A DNA stretch of 64,000 nucleotides from Auanema rhodensis. Its lineage: Eukaryota > Animalia > Nematoda. The DNA lies in contig OZ059897.1 in the NCBI GenBank assembly GCA_964057225.1, positions 16,492,001 through 16,556,000 of the forward strand, given 5' to 3'. The translations under genes were made by a program, and so were the position numbers. Positions 26,154-39,184 of the stretch are shown here, piece by piece (the first letter of the stretch is position 1; each line of letters opens with the position of its first letter). The notes below the pieces were generated by a model, which saw only the letters and a list, made by a program, of their open reading frames with translations, was not told the origin of the DNA and did not search any database.

Positions 26154-28085
26154 TTATTCCTGGATACACGGTTTTCGATTAGAATGCTCCAACTTGATAA
26201 TTTTAACCCCAGCTACAAATCGTGACATGGCATTCAGAAGATTCTTAGGACTTTTGGGATCAAGATCAACGATTTTGACAGAGAATGAAAAATAAAGTCC
26301 TAAAAATTATCTAATAATGAAGTAACCGATATAAGAACTACCATTTGATAATTTAACAACATTATTGTATTCAGCAGAATCGTTGATCATGTGGGAAGGA
26401 ACTTGTCGCATTGATACCATAACCTGAAATAATAAACAAGTATAGCATAAAAGATTGTTCCCTACAGAGCAATCTTTCATAGTTGCTGCTAGTAAATAAC
26501 GTTCAATGAGTGATTTGCTATCAGACTTGCCAAGGAAATCATCAAGAGCAGGAAGTCTTGAATTATTCAAGAAATAGTTCTAAAATCGCCTATTGAAATT
26601 TTAATTGAATCATTTTTTAACCTGATCTTTGGCCGATAATGACTGAAATAGCTTATGCGCCCTAATAATTCCGATACTGTCTACTTGTTGTCCAGCGAGA
26701 ATTTCATCTAATACCGAATTCTTATACAAGTCGAAAGACTCAATGGAAGGACTTCCGGTGAGGATCAGAGCAAGCTGAAAATATACGGATAACATAAAAT
26801 ACTTGTACTTGTATGTATATATGTTACCGCTGATACTAAGTCTTCAATTGTTCCCATTTCGTGAGGAAACAGAGTAGCACTCATAATAGAGTCACTGGTA
26901 GGTGTTTCATTTGAGAACAACTATATTAGAAAAGGTGTTATTAAAACAAATATAACTTAAACTTCACCAAATTTCCATTGATGAATAATCTCAAATTTCT
27001 ATGTGGATTGCGGAACAATTCCCTGAAATGGTGCAATTATTCTTCCGCATTAGAAATAGCAAAATGATAAAGCAGTTTACTATCATGTTTACTGATAGAA
27101 ACTTGATTATTTAAACAACAAATAACCTGAGAGCTCTACAAACACGAAAATGAACTCCAGAAAAAAGATCCAATGGACAAAAATCATACATTTGAGAAAA
27201 ATGATCAGATCCACATTTTTCTATCTTAAAATATATTGAGTTAATTTATATAAGAATGATATTATATATGAAACCTGTAGAATACAATTATTGCAAAATG
27301 GTAATCCTATGCCTGGGTGAACTTGAAAGAAACCTTGTTTCGGTTTAATTTCAACCTAATAAGGAAAAATAAAAGTTTCATCTTACAGCAAACCAACTGT
27401 TATGGTTGGCCCTATGTATGAAGTAATATGTTGAGGAATTCTTGTAGCATCCAGCATTTCCAATGCAGTAATAGTAGTACATCCTTTAGGAACTGTAGAT
27501 AGAGGTAACAAAGAAAGTTCATCAGGTAATTGTTTCAAATCTTCAAATCGCTCAATTTTCATATTTGAGAGAATGGAAGGAATCTAGAACGAAATAAATA
27601 AACTAACAATGCCAAAAATACAGCCAACCTTTCCTAATTCATGAACATCTGACACGGACATTTCCACAATTTTTGAAGATACTAAATAATGGGAAGAAAA
27701 AAACGGAGCTACCATGGTTTCCATATATCTAAAAAATAATATATATTAAGATTATTTTAAGATATTATTAAATAATAAACCAGCGCAGTAACCCAACCTA
27801 TTAACTAATTCGCTTTTTGTTTTAAGAGTTATTAGTCCACTCTTTCTTGCTTTTGAAAATCTCCATACTATTCTGAAAATAATATTTTCATTGCAATAAA
27901 CCGTGAAAAAAGTATATAAAAATGTTGAAAATCAAAGTAACGTTAATAATACTCAAAATCGATAAATAAAGAGCCCCGTACCTTGTTCCAGAAATTTTAC
28001 TTTTGGCAGAGATCACTAAATTGGCTCGCCCTTCTCCACGAAAGCAAAATGATCGATATAAACGAGGATCAACAACGAGGGGCAT
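26154..28085 (-). CDS. ippk-1: Inositol-pentakisphosphate 2-kinase
   Basis: Motifs RGEGRANLV, VEIKPKQGF, CNNCILQ, FCPLDLFSG, YLLAATMKDCS and KIVDLDPK across multiple GT-AG exons. Confidence 0.9.
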
Positions 28086-28952
28086 ATTGCATAATGTTAT
28101 AATACCATAATGCTTTTATACTTGAATAATCCTGAAAACAAAAAACATAACCTAAATATAAAAATTATTTGATTAATATATTTGACAGAAAATGCGCTGA
28201 AAAATTCCAGGCACATACAACGAAGAAGTACAAGAAACATGATAAGCGTCGGCGTTTTATAAAGCAATGTAAAAGGAAATAGGCGGGGTAGCAAGCCCAA
28301 TCAACATCAGTTCAGCCACCAGCAGACCACCAGCGTTTGGCAACGCGCCAAGTTCTGTTTACACGGGCATTGAACGTTGCTGTTTAAAATAATATGTTCA
28401 AAAAAGACTTTGTTCTCATAATCAGTTTCACTCTTGTCATAGAAAGTGATTATTGCAATAAAAAAAGAGAAAGAAAATTAGAATGTGACGACTATGATCT
28501 TCATAATTATATGTCTTTATAATTATAAAACAATTATATGTTTGAAAACGGCCTTCCTCGTGACATTAATCAGCTGTTATAATTAAGTATTAAGTTGATG
28601 AAACAATTCAAATTGTAATTTTAAGTTTATTAATTCATTTTAATAAAATGCTTTTCATAAATTATGCTCAATATATAACACACAACTTCATCACAGTGTT
28701 AGAAAGATAAGGCAAGACAATTCTTTGTACAAAAAATTGAGAGAAGTGGATGGTGCTCATTGGAATTCAGAGTAAAGACAAGAAGATAAATCTTCGCTCT
28801 TCTTAAAATCTCTATTGGATGGTTAATATTAGTAGACGAATCAGATAAACGTTTTCATAAGCCGAGATTCTAGTACTATGTATAGAAATAAGTGTAGTCA
28901 AAAAACCTAGATATAGGAAATACAACATGAGAAAAAACAGAAAATTACTAGT

Positions 28953-31900
28953 TTAAGCCGAAGAACTTTTGTTTTCTGTTGCTCTTCTAGTGATATCCGA
29001 AATTACACTATCTACAGTTTCATTCATTGGATTATCGAATTCTTCGTTGAATTCATCTCGCATGGTATGAACACGGAAGCTAAAGATATTTACTAATGAA
29101 TGTTTTTTTCAAACAAACGTACAGAGTAACTATGTCGGCATGTTTCCCTTCAATAGCTATATCTAGAGGAGTAATACCGTCGGCATTTTTTAAATCTTTG
29201 TCTGCACCTCGTTTTAACAATTGGCAGACTTGCCTGGAAAAACCATGATTATATTTCAAAAAATATATAAGGCATACAAAGTATTTCCTTCCAGGGCTGC
29301 CAGGTGCATGGGTGAATTCAATCGTTCATCCAAAATATTTATCTTAGCTCCGTTTAATAATAAGAATTCTACTGCAGCTGTTTGACCCTTACAAATTACA
29401 AATTAAAATTGAGAAGAAAACCGATACTTACATTTTGGGTAGATAAATGAAGAAGTGTTGTTCCATTTTGAAGAGTGTTCAGATCAAATTTACTAGCTAT
29501 AGCTTTTAACAAAACAACAATGTCCCCAGAACGCGCAGCTTCTTCAGCAACCTCCCAAGAAATAGATTCTCCTAAAATATTGAAGTTTCGATACATAACA
29601 AAACGAAATACCTTGATCTTCAGCAACATTTTGATCTGATCCGCAGGAGGACAATCGTTTCTTATCATCTGAAAAAAGACGTACTCTGAAATATACAACG
29701 CAAAGAAAGCTAGCCTGTGATTTGGCCAGCGCAGATGTTTTCTGCTTCTTTCACATCAACATAAGACGTTGAACGTGTTCCTAAATAACATATTCTAAAA
29801 TTCTAAAACAAGTTCCGAGTACCGATGCTGTTCTTGTGTTTTCCCAGGTATTCTTGTCTTGCTACAGCGAAACCACGAGCCCGATCAGATGATGATATTG
29901 CGAAGCGACGCTCAACATATTTAGCTTTTATCCAGGCTTCTCGAATCTGAATTTAAAAAGTACAATAAGCTTCTTGATATTGCCAAAATACTTGACGATT
30001 ACTCGATTCTGTAGCTTCTGTAGGAATAACATTGCAATCAGGAAGATGAGCTAGGTAAATTGAATTAACCTGAGCAAGAATAGATAAATTAACGTTTTAA
30101 TACAAAACTCTAACCAATCTATTTCCCAAACTTAATAAAACATCCCGTAATTCTGTGTCAATGGAATCCATTGTTAATGACCGAACTTTGGAAACTTGAA
30201 CACCAAGACTTCTATGAACACCTGAGCATTCTATGCATAATATAACCTGAAATGAAAAAGAAACAATCAATACTAGCTTAAAGAAAACTTACACCCAAAT
30301 TAATGCTGACCCATTTTGGTTGCTCACTTCCGCAATCAGCACATCGTTCATTTCCTGGTACTCGACTGAAAAAGAAATGCACTTAGCGATTCAGTAGTAA
30401 TATTCAAACCGTATTTGTTCAAACGTTGTTGTAATTTCATTTGTATACATTTTAGAACCATTTGATATAACAGCTGTATCAGAACTTGAAGATGATGGCT
30501 TTGTATTCTTAAACAAAACATAAAATACGATAGGTGAGTTTTAATGTTCTAACCTCATCATCACACTCATGTAATGCCAATATAGTTCTTTGTAAAGCTC
30601 TCATCCAATCATTACAAAGAGACTCTGTATCTGCTTGCAAGAGATGACTTCTAAACTTATATGCTAACAAAAATGCGCACGTTTTAGTTTACCTAGTAGG
30701 TGTAACTAATTCAAAGCATCCTGCACGATCTATAGATGGTGGGGCTGGACGAACTAAGCACAACTTTAAGTTTTCTTCCATTACAGTGGGCTCTTCATAA
30801 TCGTTCGACCGATGCGAATAAAGCTTGAAAAGGCTATGTATGCAAACGAAACATGACGAAAGTATTTACCAATTTATTATCCTTTATCTGGAACCATCGT
30901 CTATTCCATGTTTTAAATGCATTCGAGGATCTCTTCAATAGATATCCTTCCATCATGACATCCGGGTCAGGAGGCATGCCCGAAGGATGTTGAAACATTT
31001 CCTGAACAGTAGTTCTTAACAGGTAAACAAACTACAAACTTAAATAACGGACACTCTCTCTCGTTAGAAAGTTAAATATGAAGAACTAACATATGGAAAT
31101 TCGTTTAACAGGATAGGGTTAGATATCTCCGGAGGTACGTAGAATTTAGAAAGCTTCTTTGTCCGCAACTTCGATTTCTTTTTAGTAGCATTTTCAACGC
31201 CATATTTTGAAAAATCATACGATACATTCAATGAGTTACTCCTGGGAATGTCTAATTGTTCAATATAAGATGGTTCAGAAATCATAGAAGCACAAGAAAT
31301 TTTCTTCTTTTCAAAGTTTGTGGTCGATGTGCAAGATGACACTATGCTTTTCGATTCAATTTCAATAGACTTGGTAAATTGACTTGCAATGGTACTGCAT
31401 TTAGCATGACGATAATTATAGAATATTGATTTAGTTATAGCTGGAGGTTGATTATGAGCAGAAGGCATTGATTCTTTATCTTCTTATTGAAGAATTAAGC
31501 TTGTCACATAGAGACAAAATTAGTAATTTTTCTATTCTGTTACAATGTGATAAACAGAACAGACTGGGAAACGAATGTTGGAATGTCAATCGATTGCTCG
31601 ATTGGAGAACACTAAGCCTCGTAAATGCCTGAACGTACTAGTGAATCATCAAAAATGGTTTTACAAAACGGAAAACACATCGATTATAGAAAATTAAAAT
31701 AATCCTTGTAAAAAAACTCGGATTATACTAAGTTAAGGATGAGCATCAAAAAAATTCGATACGTGAGGAAGGGTCGTTGAGATAGATGGTCACGCAATGT
31801 TTGTTTTTTAGTGTTTACTTACTTTTGGAACTAACGAGTGAATGTCCTGCATTTTTCGCTCCGTGTGCTTACATTTCTCAGATAGAGCAGCTATAAGAAA

Positions 31901-32979
31901 TGATATATAAATAATCGAATTAAATTCGAAAACCAGGGCATACAAAATGCAAAAAATCTACTCTTTATTAAAAGATGAAGAAAACCGCAAAGCATACCTA
32001 TTGTCTCTGCCACACTACCATTATCAGCGGCGGTCCACTCATCAAAAATTGCGTGCCCACGTGAAAAGAAAGATGATGTTTCTTTCACAAAAGACCATAA
32101 CTGAATAAAACAAATAATGAAAAAAAGGCTGAAATAGAGAATATTCACCGCTTCAATAATCATATAATCTTTTTTTGCATGTGCTACATTGATTTGAGCT
32201 ACGTAATCAAGTGTTGTATGAGCGAAGCAAGCCCCAATCTAATAAAAAACGTTTTAAGATATCGTGAAACAAATAAAGACTCACGGCTGTTAAGGCATTC
32301 CGACCATCTGCGGCATCATTTGGCCGCTGTCGTGAAATCGACGAATTTCTATTCAATGCTTCGTCCATACTAGCAGACATGCTGTCAAAATGTGCTCTCG
32401 CACTAGAGACTTTCGTCAATTCCCTATATAAAAAAAGAATTAAATATTTTGAAACAAATAAAAACTCAACTGTTTGAGAAAAGAAGCTAATTTTTCATAA
32501 ACAACTAGATTCGATTGTTCATAATAGGCTTTAGAGAGACTCAAAGTTTGCCCAAACGCGTCGGATAATGATTGAAAAGTAGGCTGAGAAAGTGCATTTC
32601 CATTGAAGCTTTCGTCACATAATTGATTAACCGATACAGTAAATCTGCTGCAAAACTTATATAAATAATAAACGATATATGCATTGAATACTCACTATAA
32701 AGTTGCTATATAATTTTTGCTATATTCTATCATGGCTGTCACATGTTTTAGTATCTAAATATCAATATGATAAACATAAAAAGCAGATAAAATGCCTCAT
32801 TCAAACGGTTTTCTAATTTTGTGAAGTATTGAGTATGCTGAGAGATTGAAGCTCGAAATCTAGGAGAATCCTTAAAAGCGAATATAAGAATCTGAGATAA
32901 CAATTACCTTCATGGCTTCTGTGAATACTATAGGATTTGGCATTGATGTATTAGAAGGTAATGCCACAGAAGCGGTCAT
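28953..32979 (-). CDS. cnt-1: ACAP/centaurin-beta ArfGAP (BAR-PH-ArfGAP-ankyrin)
   Basis: DSPRFRASI BAR start, PH domain EGYLLKRSSNAFKTWNRRWF, ArfGAP zinc finger PGNERCADC...WVSINL/VILCIECSGVHRSLGVQVSKVRSLTMD, and ankyrin repeats (TLLHL, SPMHLAA, TPLDIA). Confidence 0.93.
31073..31468 (-). CDS. Probable alternative first coding exon of the ACAP gene (BAR-less isoform)
   Basis: A 134-codon ORF inside the intron between the BAR and PH exons. It has its own AG acceptor before the ATG and a phase-0 donor (NEFPY|GTTAGT) compatible with the PH exon starting EMFQHP. Confidence 0.6.
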
Positions 32980-35480
32980 CTTCCTGACGCCTAGAACGAT
33001 AATTGTATTCTTGCAACTTTGTAATATACAGTTAATAGATATGAGAATAATAAAAAAAGTTATAAGGAGAAGTGAGAGCGGAATGAAAAGAAGAAAAATC
33101 AATATAAACCGATGTTTTGTACAACAGTAAATCTATTATATTATAGTCAACTTTAATCAAACAATACAATAGTATAGTATTATAAGTAATGAAAGAAAAG
33201 TTCTGATCGAACAAACAACTTCCATTAATAAAAACAGATGGCAATTTTCCAAGTTTTCAAAAACATGTGAAAAAAAGTTTAAAAATGGATGGTTTAAGAA
33301 GAGGAGAATAGCCGAATGTAGAAAAGGCGAAGGAGAGCCTGTTGGATCACGGGGGGCAGTGGCGGTCAGAGTGTCCTAATGTCTGAACAGACAGGCAGAG
33401 TGACAGAGAAAAGGGAGAAGAGAAAAAGAAAAACGGAAAAAGAACGAAAAGAACATCACGCATTCCATCAAGAACATTCAGTTGATGATCTATATCGAGT
33501 CAATGAATGAATCCGCAGAAGAATTAAAAGTAGATGTAAATGAAGCTTTCCGAATTATTGAGAAGTTGTTTCCATTAATACAGATATTAGAAAGAATAAT
33601 GAATGAGTTAGTCGAAAGGAGGAGGGAGCCTTTGAAACTAAATCTAATTGTCTTGAGCACGAAGCAGAAAGGAAATTTGCAGCACCAGTGTTAGACAATA
33701 TGCATAAATTGAAAAACATCGAGCATAAAAACATACGTGTGAAACAATGTTACTATGTGAAATTGAAAATTAAGCTATTATAATTATAAAAATAAGCGTG
33801 AAGCAATACAATATATCAGCAGTTTTATATAATGATATAAAAATTATATCACTACATATTATTCAAAATTTTAGGATACATTTGTTGACGAAATAGATAA
33901 CTCACGTACAAAGATTTTTGGTTGAAACAGGAAGTATAAGGATAACAATAATATCAAGTTGACTTAAGGCTTTTTTCATTCACACCAGATATGTTCATAT
34001 TTTTGTCACTATGACATAATAATTCAAGATGAAAAAAACAATTCTATCGAACATTTTGTTTCTGAAACAAATTTAATTTCTCATAAGACTTTTGTTTTGG
34101 ACAGAAGAAAAAAGGTACCCGGAGACTGATTGACTTTGTTTAAACTCTTTTAAACTTTTTCTCAAAGATAATTCAAATATAGAAATGAAAGAGTAACAAC
34201 AAATTACAGGTGAAAATGTTCTCAGAAGTTGCAGCTGATATAAGAGTGAAGATTAAAAATTCGAATGCAGGAATAAAAAACATAAAATCAATTTTTAATA
34301 GAGATAAAGACAGCAATGATGAAAAGATGAACTTGAATTTCGATCTACTTTTTTTATGAATTGAGTAGCTACAACAATATCAAAGGTTTGAAAATAAAAT
34401 TCCTGAAACCAAAATTGACACCGCATAATTTGATTTTCTCAAATGGAACCTTACCAAATAGAATGAGCGTACCATGACAAAACTAAATTGAATCTTCTCG
34501 AACTAAGATTGTACAAGAGAAAATATTTATACTGGTGAATGTTTAAAATGTTGAAAACCGAAGTGAACAAAAGCAAAGATGTTTTTATTTGTTTGAAGGG
34601 TTATTATAGGAGGCTATAAACAGGTATTGCAGTAACTGTCAACTTGATTCAAAGAAAACAAAGGCTAAGGTTTATTTGTGTATGCAAATGACATCGGTAA
34701 TTCAGAAAAAAATTAAAAAAAAATTAGTTTTGAATTTCATCTTTCATCTTGATATTCAATTAAGAAAATACATCAAACTTTCGGCTGAACTAACAAACAC
34801 ATTCAATGGTTATCCAAAAAGACTTAAAAACAAATACCAAAAGGTGCTATAATTTAAACGAATTACACAGTTGTCGTAATATTGCATATTTTAAATGCAT
34901 GCTAAATTACTTTTGAAAAAGTACGAAAATAATTTATGAATCTATTCAAATTCACAGCTGTCACAAACTAATATTAAATTGTTCATTGAGTAGTGATCTT
35001 TTATAAAAAAAATCATTATTTCGAGATTTGTGCACGCTTAATATCTGCTCTGTGGCGACGCGCGAAGCAAACGTTTTCTTTGATTTAATATTTGTAGATG
35101 TTTGTTAGTATTGCTCGTATTACATGTTTGATGCGTTCTTAAGTTTTTTTTAGCGAAACGTTCATATTAATTTCATTTTGTTGTTTATGAAATTTTTGTC
35201 TTATAAATTCGTAGTTCAACTATATTTGTTAAGTTACTTAAATATGTTTTTCCTTTCTAAATAAAAATTAGCACATGTTCTTCACAACCTATAGCAGTTC
35301 TATCGATAACATGTACGTGCAGTTTCGAAAGTCTCAGCGCCGCTCTAATGCCAATCAATTCCGCAGTTGTCGAGTTATTCGTTTGCCTTTGATGCTATGT
35401 CTTTTTCTAAAACATTTCATTTTAACAATATATTGTTCTGATGCTTTGATGACTGTATGTGTTTTTAATTCATATTATAA

Positions 35481-36505
<1,025 letters not shown>

Positions 36506-36619
36506 ATTATCTCATAATTCTTGCCGTTTTAGTTATAGTCGCAATCTCTCAAATTGTTGAGATTACTTAGCTTTGTAGATTATTTTTTATACGAAATGTT
36601 TCATACATCCACAGTGTAA

Positions 36620-36722
36620 AATAAAGCGCAGTTTTCATCATCAAAATATAAATATAAGTATTTTTCTACAAATATATCTTGCAACTTTGCTAAGTACTCA
36701 AAATTACAAGAAATTTCTTTAG
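36620..36722 (+). promoter_or_regulatory. Operon-type intercistronic region (poly(A) signal followed ~100 bp later by a trans-splice acceptor)
   Basis: AATAAA at 36620-36625 after TPI, and a TTCTTTAG acceptor ending at 36722, 5 nt before the CWC27 ATG. The spacing matches SL2-type nematode operons. Confidence 0.7.
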
Positions 36723-36727
36723 GTTAA

Positions 36728-38639
36728 ATGAGTTCACAATACCAAAATGAACCCCCGACATCGGGGAAAGTGATTTTACAAACAACAGTGGGAGATATCG
36801 AAATTGAGTTGTGGACTAAAGAAGCACCAATGGCTTGTAGAAATTTCATTCAGTTATGTATGGAAGGTTATTATGACAATACTATTTTTCATCGTGTTGT
36901 AAGAGGTAAAAATATTACTGAAAAAAAAGCTGTTAATTGACCAGCATCTTTCAGATTTTATTATTCAAGGTGGTGACCCGTTGGGTTCTGGAAAAGGTGG
37001 TGAAAGTATATATGGAAAACCTTTCAAAGTATTTTTTGTTTTTGAATTTGTTCTGGAAATTTGTTTTAGGATGAATTTCACCAAAGACTACGCTTTAACA
37101 GGAGAGGATTGCTAGGCATGGCAAATGCTGGGCCGAATGATAATGGAAGTCAATTCTTTATAACAATTGGTACAGAAGGAAACCCAAATTTGAATAAAAA
37201 ACATACTTTATTTGGAAAAGTTGGTGAAATCTTCATTCATGCGAAAATAATGAAGTTTTCCAGGTTGTTGGTCCTACTGTGTATAATATGCTGAACATAG
37301 CTAATTGCGATATTGATGAAGATGAACGTCCCAAAACCATTAATAAAATTCTTTCAGCTAAAGTTATCACTAATCCTTTCGATGATATTGTACCAAGGTA
37401 TAAAAAAATTTACTTCTTGCAATGATATGATTTAAGAGAAAAAGAAAAAAAGAAAAAAGAGAAGAAGAAAGACGTCAAAAAAGTGGTTGAAACGAAAAAA
37501 TTGAATCTCTTGTCATTTGGTGATGAGGCTGAAGAAGATGAGGCAGAATTAGAAGAAGTCAACAAGCAATTAAACTCGAAAGGAAAATCTGCACATGATA
37601 TTTTACAAGATGAAAAGCTGAGCACTCAAGTAGCTGTGACTGCTGACGAATTTGACGATTATGAACCTGTAATATTGATGTTATATTCTAGTAATGGTTC
37701 AGAAGACTAATTGCAGGATGCTAATGAGGATTCGAGCACTATTTCGGAATCTTTAGACAAAATTCGTGCAAAGTTTGCCAAACGAAAGCAGGTACTTACA
37801 AGAATCATTAAATAACTCTTACATATTTAGCAAACTGAAACAATGAACAATCCGGAAGAAGAAGAAAAGGAAATAGATTACGATACTATGGTAGCAGAGC
37901 AGAAAAAAGAAGACGAAGAAGTGAAGCTGTAAAAAAAATGTTTTAGAATTTTAGGAAATTGAAAATTGTTTAAGGAACAAGATGCAGAACGAATTAATGG
38001 CTATCCAAAAAGATTATATAAAAGCTCTCAGAGGTCCAAAGCAAAAGAAGGCTAAGCATGGTCTGTAGTCAAAAGGTAGCGAATTCTATGCATAATGCAA
38101 ATTTTTAGAAGAAGAATTATCATCGGCTATGAAGCAGTACACGTCATTGAAATGGAAGTTTAAAAAACAAACCAATGATTTAGTTTCTTTGAAAGATCCA
38201 ACTAGAGAAGCAACTATAGTATGCGTTTTCTAGTAGATAACTGTAGTTCAATCGTTATAGAGTACCCCATTCGTTGAACAATTTCTTCAAAAACTTCAGA
38301 ACACCAGTCAGGCTGAAATGTTACGGCATAAACCTGTGGTTAAAAGAAAAATGGTAGAAGAGCCTGAGGCTCCAAACGAAGAAGAAGAAAAAACATTTGG
38401 TGTGGATTTAGAAGTTGAAGACCTGCCAGATACAGAATGGTAAAACGCTGTCTAAGTATTCACTAACACATTGTCACCTGTTCAGGGTGAATAAGAAAGA
38501 TAGATTCTTTGTTGGAGAAGATGGTGATCCTAAAGTAACAAAAGCTAAAGATGCAAATATGAAAGATCATAATGAAGACTGGTATAATATTGAAGATCCC
38601 CGTAACGCAATCAACAAACGCCGACGTGGCGAACAATAA
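36728..38639 (+). CDS. cyn-16: CWC27 spliceosome-associated cyclophilin
   Basis: [29 protein letters not shown]...[66 protein letters not shown] and the C-terminal [13 protein letters not shown]. Confidence 0.95.
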
Positions 38640-38938
38640 TTTCTCCACATCTCTTTATAACTCCAACTTTTTTTTACAATTAATCTTCGTAGTATAACTT
38701 CAACTATTGTAATGAAATTTTAATGATCATATAATCTGAACCAAGCATGAACAAAATTCACGAACTACTACTTATGCTTATATCATCAGTAGAATTTTCA
38801 AACAATCATCTTTTATAGATTCCCCAGTACCACGTACGTATAAACATACAAGTATCATGTGCGTATATACAGTTCTCTGAACAACCTAATTTCACGTACA
38901 TACCAACAAGACATTAGGCGCCAGCCGAAGACAACACT

Positions 38939-39017
38939 TTCTTCATAGTAGGACTACTGACCTCGGCAACACTTATAACTATAAGTACCACGCGCTAACC
39001 AACTGCGCCAATGGAGC
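38939..39017 (-). pseudogene. Inverted, decayed tRNA-Ile(UAU) copy
   Basis: Reverse complement of the array tRNA with an intact 5' half, but a deleted T-loop/B-box and acceptor-stem mismatches. It is flanked by degenerate spacer sequence. Confidence 0.9.
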
Positions 39018-39102
39018 CATAGACACAATCAAAAAACATTCTGAACAATCTGTTTTTCTTAGATACCAAGAAAACATAAGGCGCTGGCCAGAGCCAAAAC
39101 TT

Positions 39103-39160
39103 TGCTCCATAGCAGGATCGCACTGCTGACCTCGGCATCACTTATACTTATAAGTACCAC
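39103..39160 (-). pseudogene. Inverted 5'-truncated tRNA-Ile fragment
   Basis: Reverse complement of tRNA gene nt 27-84, with a GTTCGA>GTGCGA B-box change. Confidence 0.9.
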
Positions 39161-39184
39161 TCCGGCCGGCGCCTAACATCTTAT

